Shown here piece after piece: positions 42,843-51,609 of a DNA stretch of 64,000 nt. The translations under genes and the position numbers were made by a program. Below the pieces are notes generated by a model that had not been told where the DNA came from, did no database searches, and saw only the letters and a program-made list of their open reading frames with translations. The stretch comes from Enterobacter phage phiT5282EW: sequence record PQ352032.1. One strand, given 5' to 3'. How positions within the stretch are numbered: position 1 is the first letter of the stretch; each line of letters starts with the position of its first letter.

Positions 42843-44497
42843 CAGCTGCGCTCGATGGCGATAAGGTGTGAACGGACAAGGGCACGGACAGCCGCCACAA
42901 GGGGAGCAGCCGGGCGGGACGTGTCGCCCAGTACATCGTCAATCGCGCCGATGATGCTGCGGTCAACAGCTCGCTCGGTCAGCAGGGTGCGCAGCTGCTC
43001 ATCGTGTTTGTGCTGGGCAACGGACAGGCCCTTGAGGAACGTGTACAGCTCGGTCACGTTGTCGCGCCAGTCGTCTTTGACTTCCAGCTCATAGTTGCCG
43101 ATCAGCGTAGCGATGGCATTGCGCGGCGCGTTGAATTTCTCCTCCAGACGGTCAGCCAGCACCTCCCATGGATGGTGGGCGTATGGCTCCACGTTGGTTG
43201 CCGGGCTATCCCACTCTACCAGCTCACAGAGTCGGTCATGCAGGATCATCGCGCCGCCGCGATAGCGGGTCAGCGTATTCACATAGTCACGGATGCCGAT
43301 CAGCAGCTCAGGGAGTGACGGCAGCATGTCAGGGGTGGACGGCTGAATCATGCAGAGCGCCATCACTTCGCGCTTGAATGGGTCAAGTGTGGTCTGCGAT
43401 GACCGGACGCTGGTCAGGTCGTTAGCCAGCTTGGTGATGAGGGCTGGCAGCTCTTTCGGGTGCTCGACGGTGACGCCCAGCACGCGCTGGATCTCTTTGA
43501 GTGCGCGGTGCGCTTCGTCACGCTCGCCGCGAGCCTGCGCCAGCTCCTGATCGGCCTTAGCCAGCTGGCCTGCGGTCTCTTTGTTGGCGTCGCGGGACTG
43601 TTTCAGATTGGCGAACAGCTCCGCCGTAATGGCTGGCAGGTCGCCGTATTCATAATCCGGGTCAACCTCCAGCGAGGTGCGGATGTCGTGCAGGATGGTT
43701 TTATAGTCAGCCAGCGCTACGGTGGCATTTGCCAACGCATTGGTGCGCTCGGTCAGCAGGTCGGCGTTCTCTTTGGCGTTGCGGGTGAGAGTCAGCAGGC
43801 TGTTTGGCGTAGCCTCAGCAGCGCCAAAAATAGCCCGCAGCTCGTTGATGGTTTTGGTGTGTTCATAGGCAATCTTGGCGCTTTCGTCAGCCTTGACCTT
43901 AACCGCCATGATCGCAGCCACCGGGCCGCTGCTGGTCGGGATCATGAAATACTCGCGCAGCTGGCTGATAGCTTCGCTGTGCTCATTCAGTGCGTGATCC
44001 GCCTGGCTGAATTTGGCTTGCAGTTTTTCATGTTCTTGCACGACTACGCTGGCAATCATCTGAGGGTCGGATGACTTGATGCCGAACTTTTTGCCGATGA
44101 CGTTAAGCGCAGCACGCAGGGAATGGCAGGTGTTGCGCAGATCAGCGATATCGTGCGGGCTTGGTGCATCCTCTGCGGGGTGTAAGGCTCGCGGGTCTGT
44201 TTTAACCACTGTTACAGGCTCGCCATCCATCGGGTAGCGCAGCTGGAGGGTCGCGCCTTTGATAAACAGGTCTTCGGTGTCGATGTGGGCGCTCATGTTG
44301 AGCAGTGCGCAGACGCGCCGGGCGATAGTTTCCTCATCGGGCGGCAGGCCGCTGTTTTCATTGATGGTGATGATTGGTTCAATGGTGTCACCACCACCCT
44401 GAGGATGGGGCATACGGATAGTAATATCGTGAGTACCGCCGATGAGGCGCGTGGTGTACATCGGGGCAGATGGGTCGGGTTTGATAAGCATTGCCAT
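42842..44497 (-). CDS. hypothetical coiled-coil protein (551 aa)
   Basis: Long ORF, helical and coiled-coil-like in its central region. Confidence 0.5.
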   Translation of the reverse strand: MAMLIKPDPSAPMYTTRLIGGTHDITIRMPHPQGGGDTIEPIITINENSGLPPDEETIARRVCALLNMSAHIDTEDLFIKGATLQLRYPMDGEPVTVVKTDPRALHPAEDAPSPHDIADLRNTCHSLRAALNVIGKKFGIKSSDPQMIASVVVQEHEKLQAKFSQADHALNEHSEAISQLREYFMIPTSSGPVAAIMAVKVKADESAKIAYEHTKTINELRAIFGAAEATPNSLLTLTRNAKENADLLTERTNALANATVALADYKTILHDIRTSLEVDPDYEYGDLPAITAELFANLKQSRDANKETAGQLAKADQELAQARGERDEAHRALKEIQRVLGVTVEHPKELPALITKLANDLTSVRSSQTTLDPFKREVMALCMIQPSTPDMLPSLPELLIGIRDYVNTLTRYRGGAMILHDRLCELVEWDSPATNVEPYAHHPWEVLADRLEEKFNAPRNAIATLIGNYELEVKDDWRDNVTELYTFLKGLSVAQHKHDEQLRTLLTERAVDRSIIGAIDDVLGDTSRPAAPLVAAVRALVRSHLIAIERS

Positions 44498-44580
44498 GAT
44501 GGGCTCCTTTTGAGTGAGCCCCCACGATACAGCGTCTTACGGTTAATCGCAACGCATTTTTGCGGCAATCAGGACGTAAA

Positions 44581-44922
44581 TCACTTCGGTAGCTCGGTGG
44601 CCACAATCTCAGCCGGGAAGTCAGGCGACGGGTGCGGATTCACCACGCAGCGGATCCCCATGTTGACCGGGGCGGCTGATTTGGCACGGTTGCGGGGCTT
44701 GCCCATGATACCGCAGCAGCAGAGCACGCTGGCGTCGCGTCCGTATGCCACAGCGCCGCAGTGGGTGCAGCGGTAGTTCCGGTCTTTACCCTCTCCCTCA
44801 GAGCTCACGATACGCCCAAAACACTTCTTGCAGATGTGGGGCTCAAGCGCCCACAGGTCTGAGGTCTTTTTTTTATGTTGCGAGTCGGTTAGTGGCTCGC
44901 TGTTTTTGGGTGATGCGCACAT
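44581..44922 (-). CDS. zinc-ribbon protein
   Basis: CKKCFG...CTHCG...CCCG. Confidence 0.45.
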   Translation of the reverse strand: MCASPKNSEPLTDSQHKKKTSDLWALEPHICKKCFGRIVSSEGEGKDRNYRCTHCGAVAYGRDASVLCCCGIMGKPRNRAKSAAPVNMGIRCVVNPHPSPDFPAEIVATELPK

Positions 44923-45467
44923 TAAAACAATTCTCCTTGCACTGGAACGACTCCGTAGCCATCTGGTCTGACCACTCGAAGCCCAAAATATACCTGCCGC
45001 GTGTTGTCCCGTAGTGCCCCGATAATCAGCTCATCGACTGACACAGCGCGTTGCTTACGAACCGTTACCACGGCACCCCCGGTCATGACCGTAACGGCAT
45101 GAGGCACCAGAGGTGGATGGTTGAGGGGCTTACGACCACGGGCATTCTTGCCGATGACGCATTCCCTCTCACGGTTCCAGCAGCTAACGCAGATGTCGTG
45201 ACCGATGAGCCTGAGGCCAGTACGTTGACAGCGTGAACAGATGGGGATTCCGCACAGTGAAGACTGGGCAATGTCACCCTCTCCGGCGTGATGGGCACCG
45301 ATGGGGCATGATTTGCACAGCTGGGAGCATTCAGGAGACTTGTTGTTATTGGTTTGAGACCAAAGGGCGGCACAGGACGAGACCTGCAAGGAGGCGCTGC
45401 GTCTGGCGCAATGAAACATCGGTTTGCCGGGTAACTCAGGCAGTGTGAAGTATTCGATTGGTTCCAT
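44922..45467 (-). CDS. Cys-rich protein
   Basis: 181 aa with many CxxC pairs. First gene after the iteron region. Confidence 0.45.
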   Translation of the reverse strand: MEPIEYFTLPELPGKPMFHCARRSASLQVSSCAALWSQTNNNKSPECSQLCKSCPIGAHHAGEGDIAQSSLCGIPICSRCQRTGLRLIGHDICVSCWNRERECVIGKNARGRKPLNHPPLVPHAVTVMTGGAVVTVRKQRAVSVDELIIGALRDNTRQVYFGLRVVRPDGYGVVPVQGELF

Positions 45468-45529
45468 GAGAAAAATCTCACCCGTTCGGCTTAGTCGAGC
45501 AGAGTATAGCGCTTTTTTGCGGTGATGGA

Positions 45530-45920
45530 AGCCGTGACAGCGTGGTACAGCTTGTTACAGTGCGAAAAATGCAAACTGTCACAGAAAAAAGGCCCGACAG
45601 AGCTACATAAATAAATAAATAAATATAAATAAATTAGTTAGTTATAGTTAGTTAGTAGTATGTGTCATTGTGGTGCTGTGACAGTGTTACAGTTGTGACA
45701 GTAAATCTATACCATTACGCGACTCATTTTATCTCTCTCTTTATACATATATATTCATTATTATAATTGGGCTATTTTTCTTAACTCCTCTATATCCCCC
45801 TCGCATTTTTACTGTCACACTGTCACAGCTACTCTGCAAGCCGCGCCATTACTGGATTTTTGCCGTTACACATGCACTGTAACGCGCTGTGACATGTGAC
45901 AGAAAAACCGTCACACGGGT
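45530..45920. repeat. AT-rich iteron region: >12 copies of GT(G/C/T)ACAG / CTGTNAC plus (AAAT)n and (TAGTTA)n microsatellites
   Basis: Examples: ctgtcacag, ctgtgacag, ttgtgacag, actgtcacactgtcacag, gctgtgacatgtgacag. aaataaataaataaatataaataaa then ttagttagttatagttagttagtagta at 45607-45660. No ORF. Confidence 0.7.
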
Positions 45921-45921
45921 A

Positions 45922-45944
45922 TAAAAAAAGCCGCTTGCGCGGCT
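45922..45944 (-). terminator. rho-independent terminator
   Basis: GCCGC-TTGC-GCGGC hairpin followed by U7 on the minus strand, downstream of the 45963-46412 gene. Confidence 0.6.
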
Positions 45945-45962
45945 TATTGGGTATATACATTA

Positions 45963-46412
45963 TCAGAAATAAGAGTCTTCCGGGTCGTCGGCATTAATTT
46001 CGTTTTTCAGCGCCCGGAGGTGCGATTCCATATCAGTTATTTTATCTGATATGGCGTCGGCTTTAGATTCCCCTACCGCCGCACTCATTTCCATCGCCAG
46101 TTTCCACCCGGCGAAAGCTCCGCGCATCCACTGATCGACATAGCCGCCTTTTTCATCCAGCTGGAAGTTTGGCTCTTTGCCGCTGCCCGCCATCTTGTCG
46201 CGCACCATATCCTCGAACCGCTCACGCGAGGCGTAAGAGGGCCAGTCGGTATGCGGTGGCAGCTTTTTGCTGCTGGTGTAGATGCGGTTGCCGAAAATGG
46301 CTGCGCCCCGGTTAATGAGCGGGTACACGTTCGGCTGCTGAATGCCAATATCGCGGGCAAATGCAGCCTTATTCCCCTGGTAAAACACGTTGATATATTT
46401 CAGCAAATTCAT
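45963..46412 (-). CDS. HTH (Cro/antirepressor-like) DNA-binding protein
   Basis: NKAAFARDIGIQQPNVYPLINRG helix-turn-helix. 149 aa. Confidence 0.5.
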   Translation of the reverse strand: MNLLKYINVFYQGNKAAFARDIGIQQPNVYPLINRGAAIFGNRIYTSSKKLPPHTDWPSYASRERFEDMVRDKMAGSGKEPNFQLDEKGGYVDQWMRGAFAGWKLAMEMSAAVGESKADAISDKITDMESHLRALKNEINADDPEDSYF

Positions 46413-46413
46413 T

Positions 46414-46614
46414 TTACTTCCTCAGGATAAACGCCCGGAACACGGGCCAAAACAGAATGTCGAACAGCAGCCAGAACAGGGCCAGCCCCACACCCAGCCA
46501 CCACAGATCGCGCTGCTGGCTGGCATCGAAAATCATAAACGCCGGGATAAAGAGCAGGCCGAAGCAAATCAGCACGCTCAGCAGCTCACAGGCGCGGTTG
46601 ATTGCCTTAATCAC
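46414..46614 (-). CDS. small membrane protein
   Basis: 66 aa with 2 TM segments. Confidence 0.45.
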   Translation of the reverse strand: MIKAINRACELLSVLICFGLLFIPAFMIFDASQQRDLWWLGVGLALFWLLFDILFWPVFRAFILRK

Positions 46615-47011
46615 CGTATCGCCCCCCGTTATACGTTGCGCCTTTCGGCAGGACGGTGCAGGACTCGGTTTTGTAGCTATGCACGCTGCGGTCGTAATGC
46701 GGAATGCTGGCGGTCAGCTTGGCGCACTCGCGCTCGGCGTCGGCGGGATCCGTGAACACTGCCAGCAGGGTATCGCAGGCATCATCGTTACCGTAGTCCG
46801 TGTGGAAATACAGCGCGGTGGCCGGAATGACTTCTGCCATGATTGCCGGGCGTGCAGCCGCCAGAAGGCGCAGGCAATCCGGGCAGGTCACTTCACCATC
46901 TGCCACCTCATGCTTGGCGCGGAATGACTTCCAGCCGCACAGGGTCACAGTGGTGCCCATGCCCTCGGTGTAGAGGTGATTGAGGTTATTGGTCATCTGG
47001 ATGACTTTCAT
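46607..47011 (-). CDS. zinc-ribbon protein
   Basis: CGW...CPDC. 134 aa. Confidence 0.45.
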   Translation of the reverse strand: MKVIQMTNNLNHLYTEGMGTTVTLCGWKSFRAKHEVADGEVTCPDCLRLLAAARPAIMAEVIPATALYFHTDYGNDDACDTLLAVFTDPADAERECAKLTASIPHYDRSVHSYKTESCTVLPKGATYNGGRYGD

Positions 47012-47262
47012 GATTTCATGCCTTTCAGGTTATCGCGCAGGCCCAGAGCAGCGCCCAGCGTCAGACTAAACAGGACGGCGAACAGAGCGCCGACCATTAC
47101 CATGCCGGGCGCGGAATCGCTGCCATCGTACCCGGTAGCGCCTACCCAGAAGCCGCCCAGAGCCAGCACCGCAAACAACGCAGTAAAGAAGCGGGCCATG
47201 CTGTAAAGCTCACGAATTTTTTCCACGTTATTCTCCTTTATAGAACTCGTTAACCACATCAA
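47008..47262 (-). CDS. small membrane protein
   Basis: 84 aa with 2 TM segments. Confidence 0.45.
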   Translation of the reverse strand: MMWLTSSIKENNVEKIRELYSMARFFTALFAVLALGGFWVGATGYDGSDSAPGMVMVGALFAVLFSLTLGAALGLRDNLKGMKS

Positions 47263-47848
47263 TTTTGCAGTGCTGCTCTACCTCGCGCAGCTGCTGCTTG
47301 TAGCGTGCAGGCATTCCGTCTTTCATGCGGTGCCATTTCAGATCGGTGAGCAGGCTATACCACTGCCCGCCACACTCGACGAATTGCCCGGCATCGCACG
47401 CATAGCGGGTGCCTTCAATCAGGTAATACTGCGGCGTTTTCTCGCCTTTCGCCGGGTCGCCCAGCTTGGTGGCCCGTGCAGGCGATTTGCCGTAGCCGAC
47501 CGCCGCAATGCAGCGTCGGGTCAGGTGATCAGCGGCAGGATACCAGTACCCGTCATCGTGCAGTTTCAGCGGGTGCGCCTGCGGGTCATCCGGGATCAGG
47601 AAAGCATCACCGTGATAGTTGTACATGGTGCCGAAAACGGCAGGCGTGGTTGGCTCGCGGTCGGCAATGAAGCGCTTAACCTTGAAGCCTTCCATCACGT
47701 CAGGCGTAACGCCGTGGCGTGCGCAGATGTCAGCCAGCGCAGCCTCAGCCTCAGCGCGGAACGAATCAAACGCGGCATCCGGCAGGCGAACCATCACCCA
47801 GTCTATTGCCTCAGCAGCCGGGCCAGTGAGCAGAGTGTATTTGGACAT
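47228..47848 (-). CDS. hypothetical protein
   Basis: 206-aa ORF. Confidence 0.5.
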   Translation of the reverse strand: MSKYTLLTGPAAEAIDWVMVRLPDAAFDSFRAEAEAALADICARHGVTPDVMEGFKVKRFIADREPTTPAVFGTMYNYHGDAFLIPDDPQAHPLKLHDDGYWYPAADHLTRRCIAAVGYGKSPARATKLGDPAKGEKTPQYYLIEGTRYACDAGQFVECGGQWYSLLTDLKWHRMKDGMPARYKQQLREVEQHCKIDVVNEFYKGE

Positions 47849-47850
47849 AA

Positions 47851-48126
47851 TTAAAATCCTCCTGGTGCATTAGCAACGCGTTTCAGATGGTCGCGGTATT
47901 GCGCTTTGGTTTCGGTCATCAGCTCAGCCGGGACTTTCTTAATCAGGGTGAATTGTTCCCCGACCGTGTTGTAACAGATGAAGCCGATCCCGTGGGAGCC
48001 GTCACCAAACTGGCGACCTGACACGCGCACGGCGATGCGGTCATTCTTGCCATTGGTGGCTTGCACCATTGCTTTTTTGAGGATATCAGCGAAGGCTTTC
48101 GCCTCCGCACCTGATAAAGTTTTCAT
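47851..48126 (-). CDS. hypothetical protein
   Basis: 91-aa ORF. Confidence 0.45.
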   Translation of the reverse strand: MKTLSGAEAKAFADILKKAMVQATNGKNDRIAVRVSGRQFGDGSHGIGFICYNTVGEQFTLIKKVPAELMTETKAQYRDHLKRVANAPGGF

Positions 48127-48587
48127 TAGCGATCCCCCTCATGGGTAGCATCTTCAATCTCGCGGAGGCTTTTGCCTTCCGCCATCGCTTTGGCCTGCCA
48201 GTAGTCGAGGCACCCCATACGCGCTTCCATTTCGTCTTGCAGCGCCTGATCCTGCCAGCCTGCATTCTCCAGATGGCGCTCATATGCCGCGTCCGGGTTG
48301 CCATGGTCAGCGAACTGCTCATACAGGTGGTCTTCGGTCTCTTTCTTCCACTCGGTAAAAGAGGCCAGCGCCGCGTTGAGCATCACCGGAGAGTTGGAGA
48401 AGAACAGCGCCTTTTTCTCGGTGCGCTCAGCGCTGCCAGTCAGGGCCCAGCGCAGCACAACCACTTTGCCTTCACCGCCGATTTCGACGATCAGGTTATG
48501 CGCCGGGGAAACCATGATCAGCTCGGTTAACAGCAGCTCAAATTCGGCCTTGGTCATGCGCGGTGCGGTGCGTTTTATGTTGTTCAT
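48126..48587 (-). CDS. hypothetical protein
   Basis: Start at ATG 48587 (MNNIKR), downstream of promoter g. The track start lies inside the promoter. Confidence 0.45.
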   Translation of the reverse strand: MNNIKRTAPRMTKAEFELLLTELIMVSPAHNLIVEIGGEGKVVVLRWALTGSAERTEKKALFFSNSPVMLNAALASFTEWKKETEDHLYEQFADHGNPDAAYERHLENAGWQDQALQDEMEARMGCLDYWQAKAMAEGKSLREIEDATHEGDR

Positions 48588-48621
48588 GTCGTTTATCTCG
48601 TTACCTTGGGTTGGTGAAAAG

Positions 48622-48650
48622 ATAATACGACATAGCTGACGTATATGCAA
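48622..48650 (-). promoter_or_regulatory. sigma70-type promoter, ACGTCA-box family (g)
   Basis: Minus strand: TTGCAT-ATACGTCAGCTATGTCG-TATTAT. Confidence 0.55.
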
Positions 48651-48714
48651 TTATATATACGCAAAAAAGAGAAAATATTTTTTAGGGGCTCCAGAGTGAA
48701 GCCCCAAGGAGAGG

Positions 48715-49053
48715 TCAGTTACAGCGAACGGTGCCAAACGAATCGCGTCGGCAGGTGCTGCCATCGCTTCCCCGCGTCGTGCCGAAGCTGTCAGTGCGCC
48801 AGCTGTTTCCGTGGTTGTCACGGGTGGTGCCGAAGCTGTCCGTGCGGTACACGGAGCCATCGCTGCCGCGCGTGGTACCAAACGAATCGGTGCGCCAGCT
48901 ATTGCCATGGTTATCGCGCGTTGTCCCGAAGGAATCCGTGCGGTAGGTAGTGCCGTCATCACAGCGCGTGGTGCCGAAGGAATCAGAGCGGCAGGTCAGC
49001 GCGGAGGCGTTAAAGCTGGCGGCGAGCGCCAGCAGGAGGATCAGTTTTTTCAT
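48715..49053 (-). CDS. secreted tandem-repeat protein (7x ~14-aa RTDSFGTTR units)
   Basis: Signal peptide MKKLILLLALAASFNASA. Repeats of YRTDSFGTTRDNHGNSW / RTDSFGTTRGSDGSV. The DNA-level repeat unit is 42/84 nt. Confidence 0.55.
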   Translation of the reverse strand: MKKLILLLALAASFNASALTCRSDSFGTTRCDDGTTYRTDSFGTTRDNHGNSWRTDSFGTTRGSDGSVYRTDSFGTTRDNHGNSWRTDSFGTTRGSDGSTCRRDSFGTVRCN

Positions 49054-49460
49054 GCTTCGTTTACCTTTGCTACGTAAATTTCGTACCGTTCCGGGTCAAG
49101 CCCGTTAACGACCTTCATGGCGAGATCATGGCGACTGCTCCAGCCGATAGCGTTCCAGCTGTTACGCTTCTGCACCGCTTCCAGATGTGTCGCGTATTCA
49201 TCCTGGTATTGCTCAGCCGTCATGGCGCAGATGCGTTCTATTTCGGCCTTACCCAAGCTGTTTTGCTGCTCAGGGTGCGCCTTGCAGTGCTTTGCCCACG
49301 CGTAATTCGATTTAGCAGCCTTCACGTACTGGTCGCGGACGATCTCCCAGTGCTTAGCCTTGCCGCGAACCACGACAACAAATTTATAGTCGCGGTGAGT
49401 GGTGCGGGTAACAAGCAGACCATCAGGTGTGGTCGCGGTCAGTTTGCGTTTAGCTGGCAT
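49050..49460 (-). CDS. hypothetical protein
   Basis: 136-aa ORF. Confidence 0.5.
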   Translation of the reverse strand: MPAKRKLTATTPDGLLVTRTTHRDYKFVVVVRGKAKHWEIVRDQYVKAAKSNYAWAKHCKAHPEQQNSLGKAEIERICAMTAEQYQDEYATHLEAVQKRNSWNAIGWSSRHDLAMKVVNGLDPERYEIYVAKVNEA

Positions 49461-49533
49461 AATTAAGCCCCCATAGCTCTTTCGGAAACAGCCTAGCGAT
49501 TAAGCTGGGCCATAATATCGTGTTGATGAAATG

Positions 49534-49561
49534 ATTGTACGCCACTAGTGACGTAATGCAA
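49534..49561 (-). promoter_or_regulatory. sigma70-type promoter, ACGTCA-box family (c)
   Basis: Minus strand: TTGCAT-TACGTCACTAGTGGCG-TACAAT. Confidence 0.55.
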
Positions 49562-49571
49562 TGCCCGGACA

Positions 49572-49602
49572 TAAAAAAAGCCCCGATTAGTGGGGCTTTT
49601 TG
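49572..49602. terminator. bidirectional rho-independent terminator
   Basis: A7-GCCCC-gattagt-GGGGC-T6. Lies directly after the stop of the 49603-50121 gene. Confidence 0.65.
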
Positions 49603-50121
49603 CTATTCTGCTTTCAGGTGTTCAATCTGCCGTTTCAGCGCGGCGATCTCCCAGTCCTTTTCCTCAATCGCTTTATTCTTCTCGCCCAGCATCTGACGAC
49701 ACATATCATTCAGTTTCAGGACATCCTGCCGGACGCCTTCGATTCTGGCGTCGCGCTCGGCTACCTTGCAGCGTTCGAGGTGCAGCGCCTCGCAGGTTTT
49801 GCTGTGCGCATCAATCTCAGCTTTATAGGCCAGCTTGGTGATTTGGTGATCTTCCTCTGATTTGGTCAGGGCCAGCCGCAGGCGCATCAATTCCAGCGCG
49901 TCATTACCGCCGAAACTAAACGGATCCTGATAGGTGCGCTGCGTGCGGCGATACTCGCGCCGCTCAGGCTCAGTCTTTGCGCCCGGCACATTGATAGTGC
50001 GCAGGTCGATCCCGGCCTGATTGGCATAAGCCACGGCACGACCGAAAGCCGTTGCGGCTTCCTCTTTGTTCGTGGTGCCGTAGGCCAGTGCCAGCAGCTT
50101 TTCAATTTTCGCCCTACTCAT
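49603..50121 (-). CDS. coiled-coil protein
   Basis: 172 aa. Monocistronic, between a divergent promoter region and a terminator. Confidence 0.5.
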   Translation of the reverse strand: MSRAKIEKLLALAYGTTNKEEAATAFGRAVAYANQAGIDLRTINVPGAKTEPERREYRRTQRTYQDPFSFGGNDALELMRLRLALTKSEEDHQITKLAYKAEIDAHSKTCEALHLERCKVAERDARIEGVRQDVLKLNDMCRQMLGEKNKAIEEKDWEIAALKRQIEHLKAE

Positions 50122-50124
50122 AAA

Positions 50125-50161
50125 AACTTCCTCAGGTTGTATCTTGGGTTGTTGCGCCGGA
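50125..50161 (+). promoter_or_regulatory. promoter for plus-strand island (perfect -10 TATAAT)
   Basis: ggattataatc, followed by the aaaagaggag SD of the first gene. The ATAATCAAAAAAGAGG element is repeated at 50415. Confidence 0.4.
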
Positions 50162-50192
50162 TTATAATCAAAAAAGAGGAGATTGGAAGCAT

Positions 50193-50420
50193 ATGAAAAA
50201 ACATTATTCCGAAATAAACCCCCATGAGGAGGACTTTCTTTATCGTCGCCTCGCTGCTGTCTGCCCGGTCACACAGAACGGCAGAAACATGGATATCGCG
50301 CTCCAGTGTGACGGCGACACGCAGAGCGTTACCAGCGTCGCCTATGGTTATGGCCCGGTGATTGGCAAATGGGACACGCCAGAACTCAGCGACGGACGGG
50401 TGAAGATTCCGCGCTCATAA
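50193..50420 (+). CDS. hypothetical protein
   Basis: 75 aa with GAGGAG SD. Confidence 0.5.
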   Translation: MKKHYSEINPHEEDFLYRRLAAVCPVTQNGRNMDIALQCDGDTQSVTSVAYGYGPVIGKWDTPELSDGRVKIPRS

Positions 50421-50488
50421 TCAAAAAAGAGGTTGCGCCACGTATGCCGTAAGGCTATTATTCAGCCATCTACTAAGAGGGACGGAAT

Positions 50489-50830
50489 ATGAAAAAGGTA
50501 CTCATCGCGGCGCTGCTGGTTTCAGCCAGCGCGGCAGCAACAGAAACACCCGCAATGTCGTTTATCTGCCCGATGAGCGACGGCTCTCAGATGGTGATGC
50601 GCGTCTATGGCAATGACACCATTGACCTCTTTGAGGAGGGCACCGAACCGGGCGACCGTAAGATGCTGGTTAAGGTCAGCGAAACGCCTCAGGATTTGAT
50701 GCTGCAAGTGTTTGACCGCAGATCTCACCAGCTGGTTGGTACCGTCGCGGTTATCAACGGTAAAACCTCCCTGCTGGCTAACGACGCGGACGGCGATTGC
50801 AACATTACTCAGCGCCGGAGCTCACAATGA
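50489..50830 (+). CDS. secreted protein (signal peptide)
   Basis: MKKVLIAALLVSASAAA; GAGGGA SD. Confidence 0.5.
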   Translation: MKKVLIAALLVSASAAATETPAMSFICPMSDGSQMVMRVYGNDTIDLFEEGTEPGDRKMLVKVSETPQDLMLQVFDRRSHQLVGTVAVINGKTSLLANDADGDCNITQRRSSQ

Positions 50831-51198
50831 AAACTGTAGCAGCCATCGCGCTGATCATGCTCTCCGGCGCTGTGCAGGCCAAAAGCACCGCAGGCGAGCA
50901 GCATTACCCGAAAGGGATCTACCATTGCGTTGATGAAAAAGCGGGTAACTACCTGCTGCAAATCGGCCCCGGCAACGTGGCGGCGATGGTTGACGCTGAG
51001 GATATTGGCGAGCTCCGGCTGGCGTACATTACCGCCCGCGACAAGATCAATAACTTCACCGCTACAATGAACGTTGAAGGCGATTACATTGGCAAAGTCA
51101 CCGTAACACCGACGACCGCGCTGATTTCTTTCCCTGATAACACCGTGGCGAAGTGCGATAATAAGCGCCCGGTAAACGCTGAGGAGTACCCGGAATGA
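50827..51198 (+). CDS. secreted protein (signal peptide)
   Basis: Start MKTVAAIALIMLSGAVQA, with an ATGA overlap with the upstream gene. Confidence 0.5.
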   Translation: MKTVAAIALIMLSGAVQAKSTAGEQHYPKGIYHCVDEKAGNYLLQIGPGNVAAMVDAEDIGELRLAYITARDKINNFTATMNVEGDYIGKVTVTPTTALISFPDNTVAKCDNKRPVNAEEYPE

Positions 51199-51377
51199 GA
51201 GTATTGGTAACGCACGATCACCCTAACCCGGCATCAGCTGCGTCGCATTGCTGGACGCTGGTAAACGGTGGTTGGCAGGCTCGCACCGTGCAGCGCGACG
51301 GTAAACATTTCGTTGAAGTGGGAGCATGGGTTGGCTATGCAAAAAACACCCCGGCAGCAGGCCGTGGAAATAGCTGA
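51195..51377 (+). CDS. hypothetical protein
   Basis: 60 aa, ATGA-coupled to the previous gene. Confidence 0.4.
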   Translation: MRVLVTHDHPNPASAASHCWTLVNGGWQARTVQRDGKHFVEVGAWVGYAKNTPAAGRGNS

Positions 51378-51609
51378 GCAGGCGTATGAGGCGCTGTTAG
51401 CCTCCCGGCGCGGTGAAAGCCATCCACGGTTAATAAATTACATGGAGCGCAGCATTAGCGAGCGCCTGCAACGTGCGCAGGCATACGCTGAGGCGAAAGC
51501 TCTCGAACCGCAGCGCGAAGCTGTTAAACCTACCGCCAGCAGTGAGCCGCTTGGCCCGGTCGATGAAACGATCCACCATGGCCCCGGCTGGTCTCGCAGG
51601 AGTGACTAA
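51340..51609 (+). CDS. hypothetical protein
   Basis: Start at ATG 51340 (MQKTPRQQ). The track start is an alternative codon at 51268. Confidence 0.4.
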   Translation, partial: QKTPRQQAVEIAEQAYEALLASRRGESHPRLINYMERSISERLQRAQAYAEAKALEPQREAVKPTASSEPLGPVDETIHHGPGWSRRSD

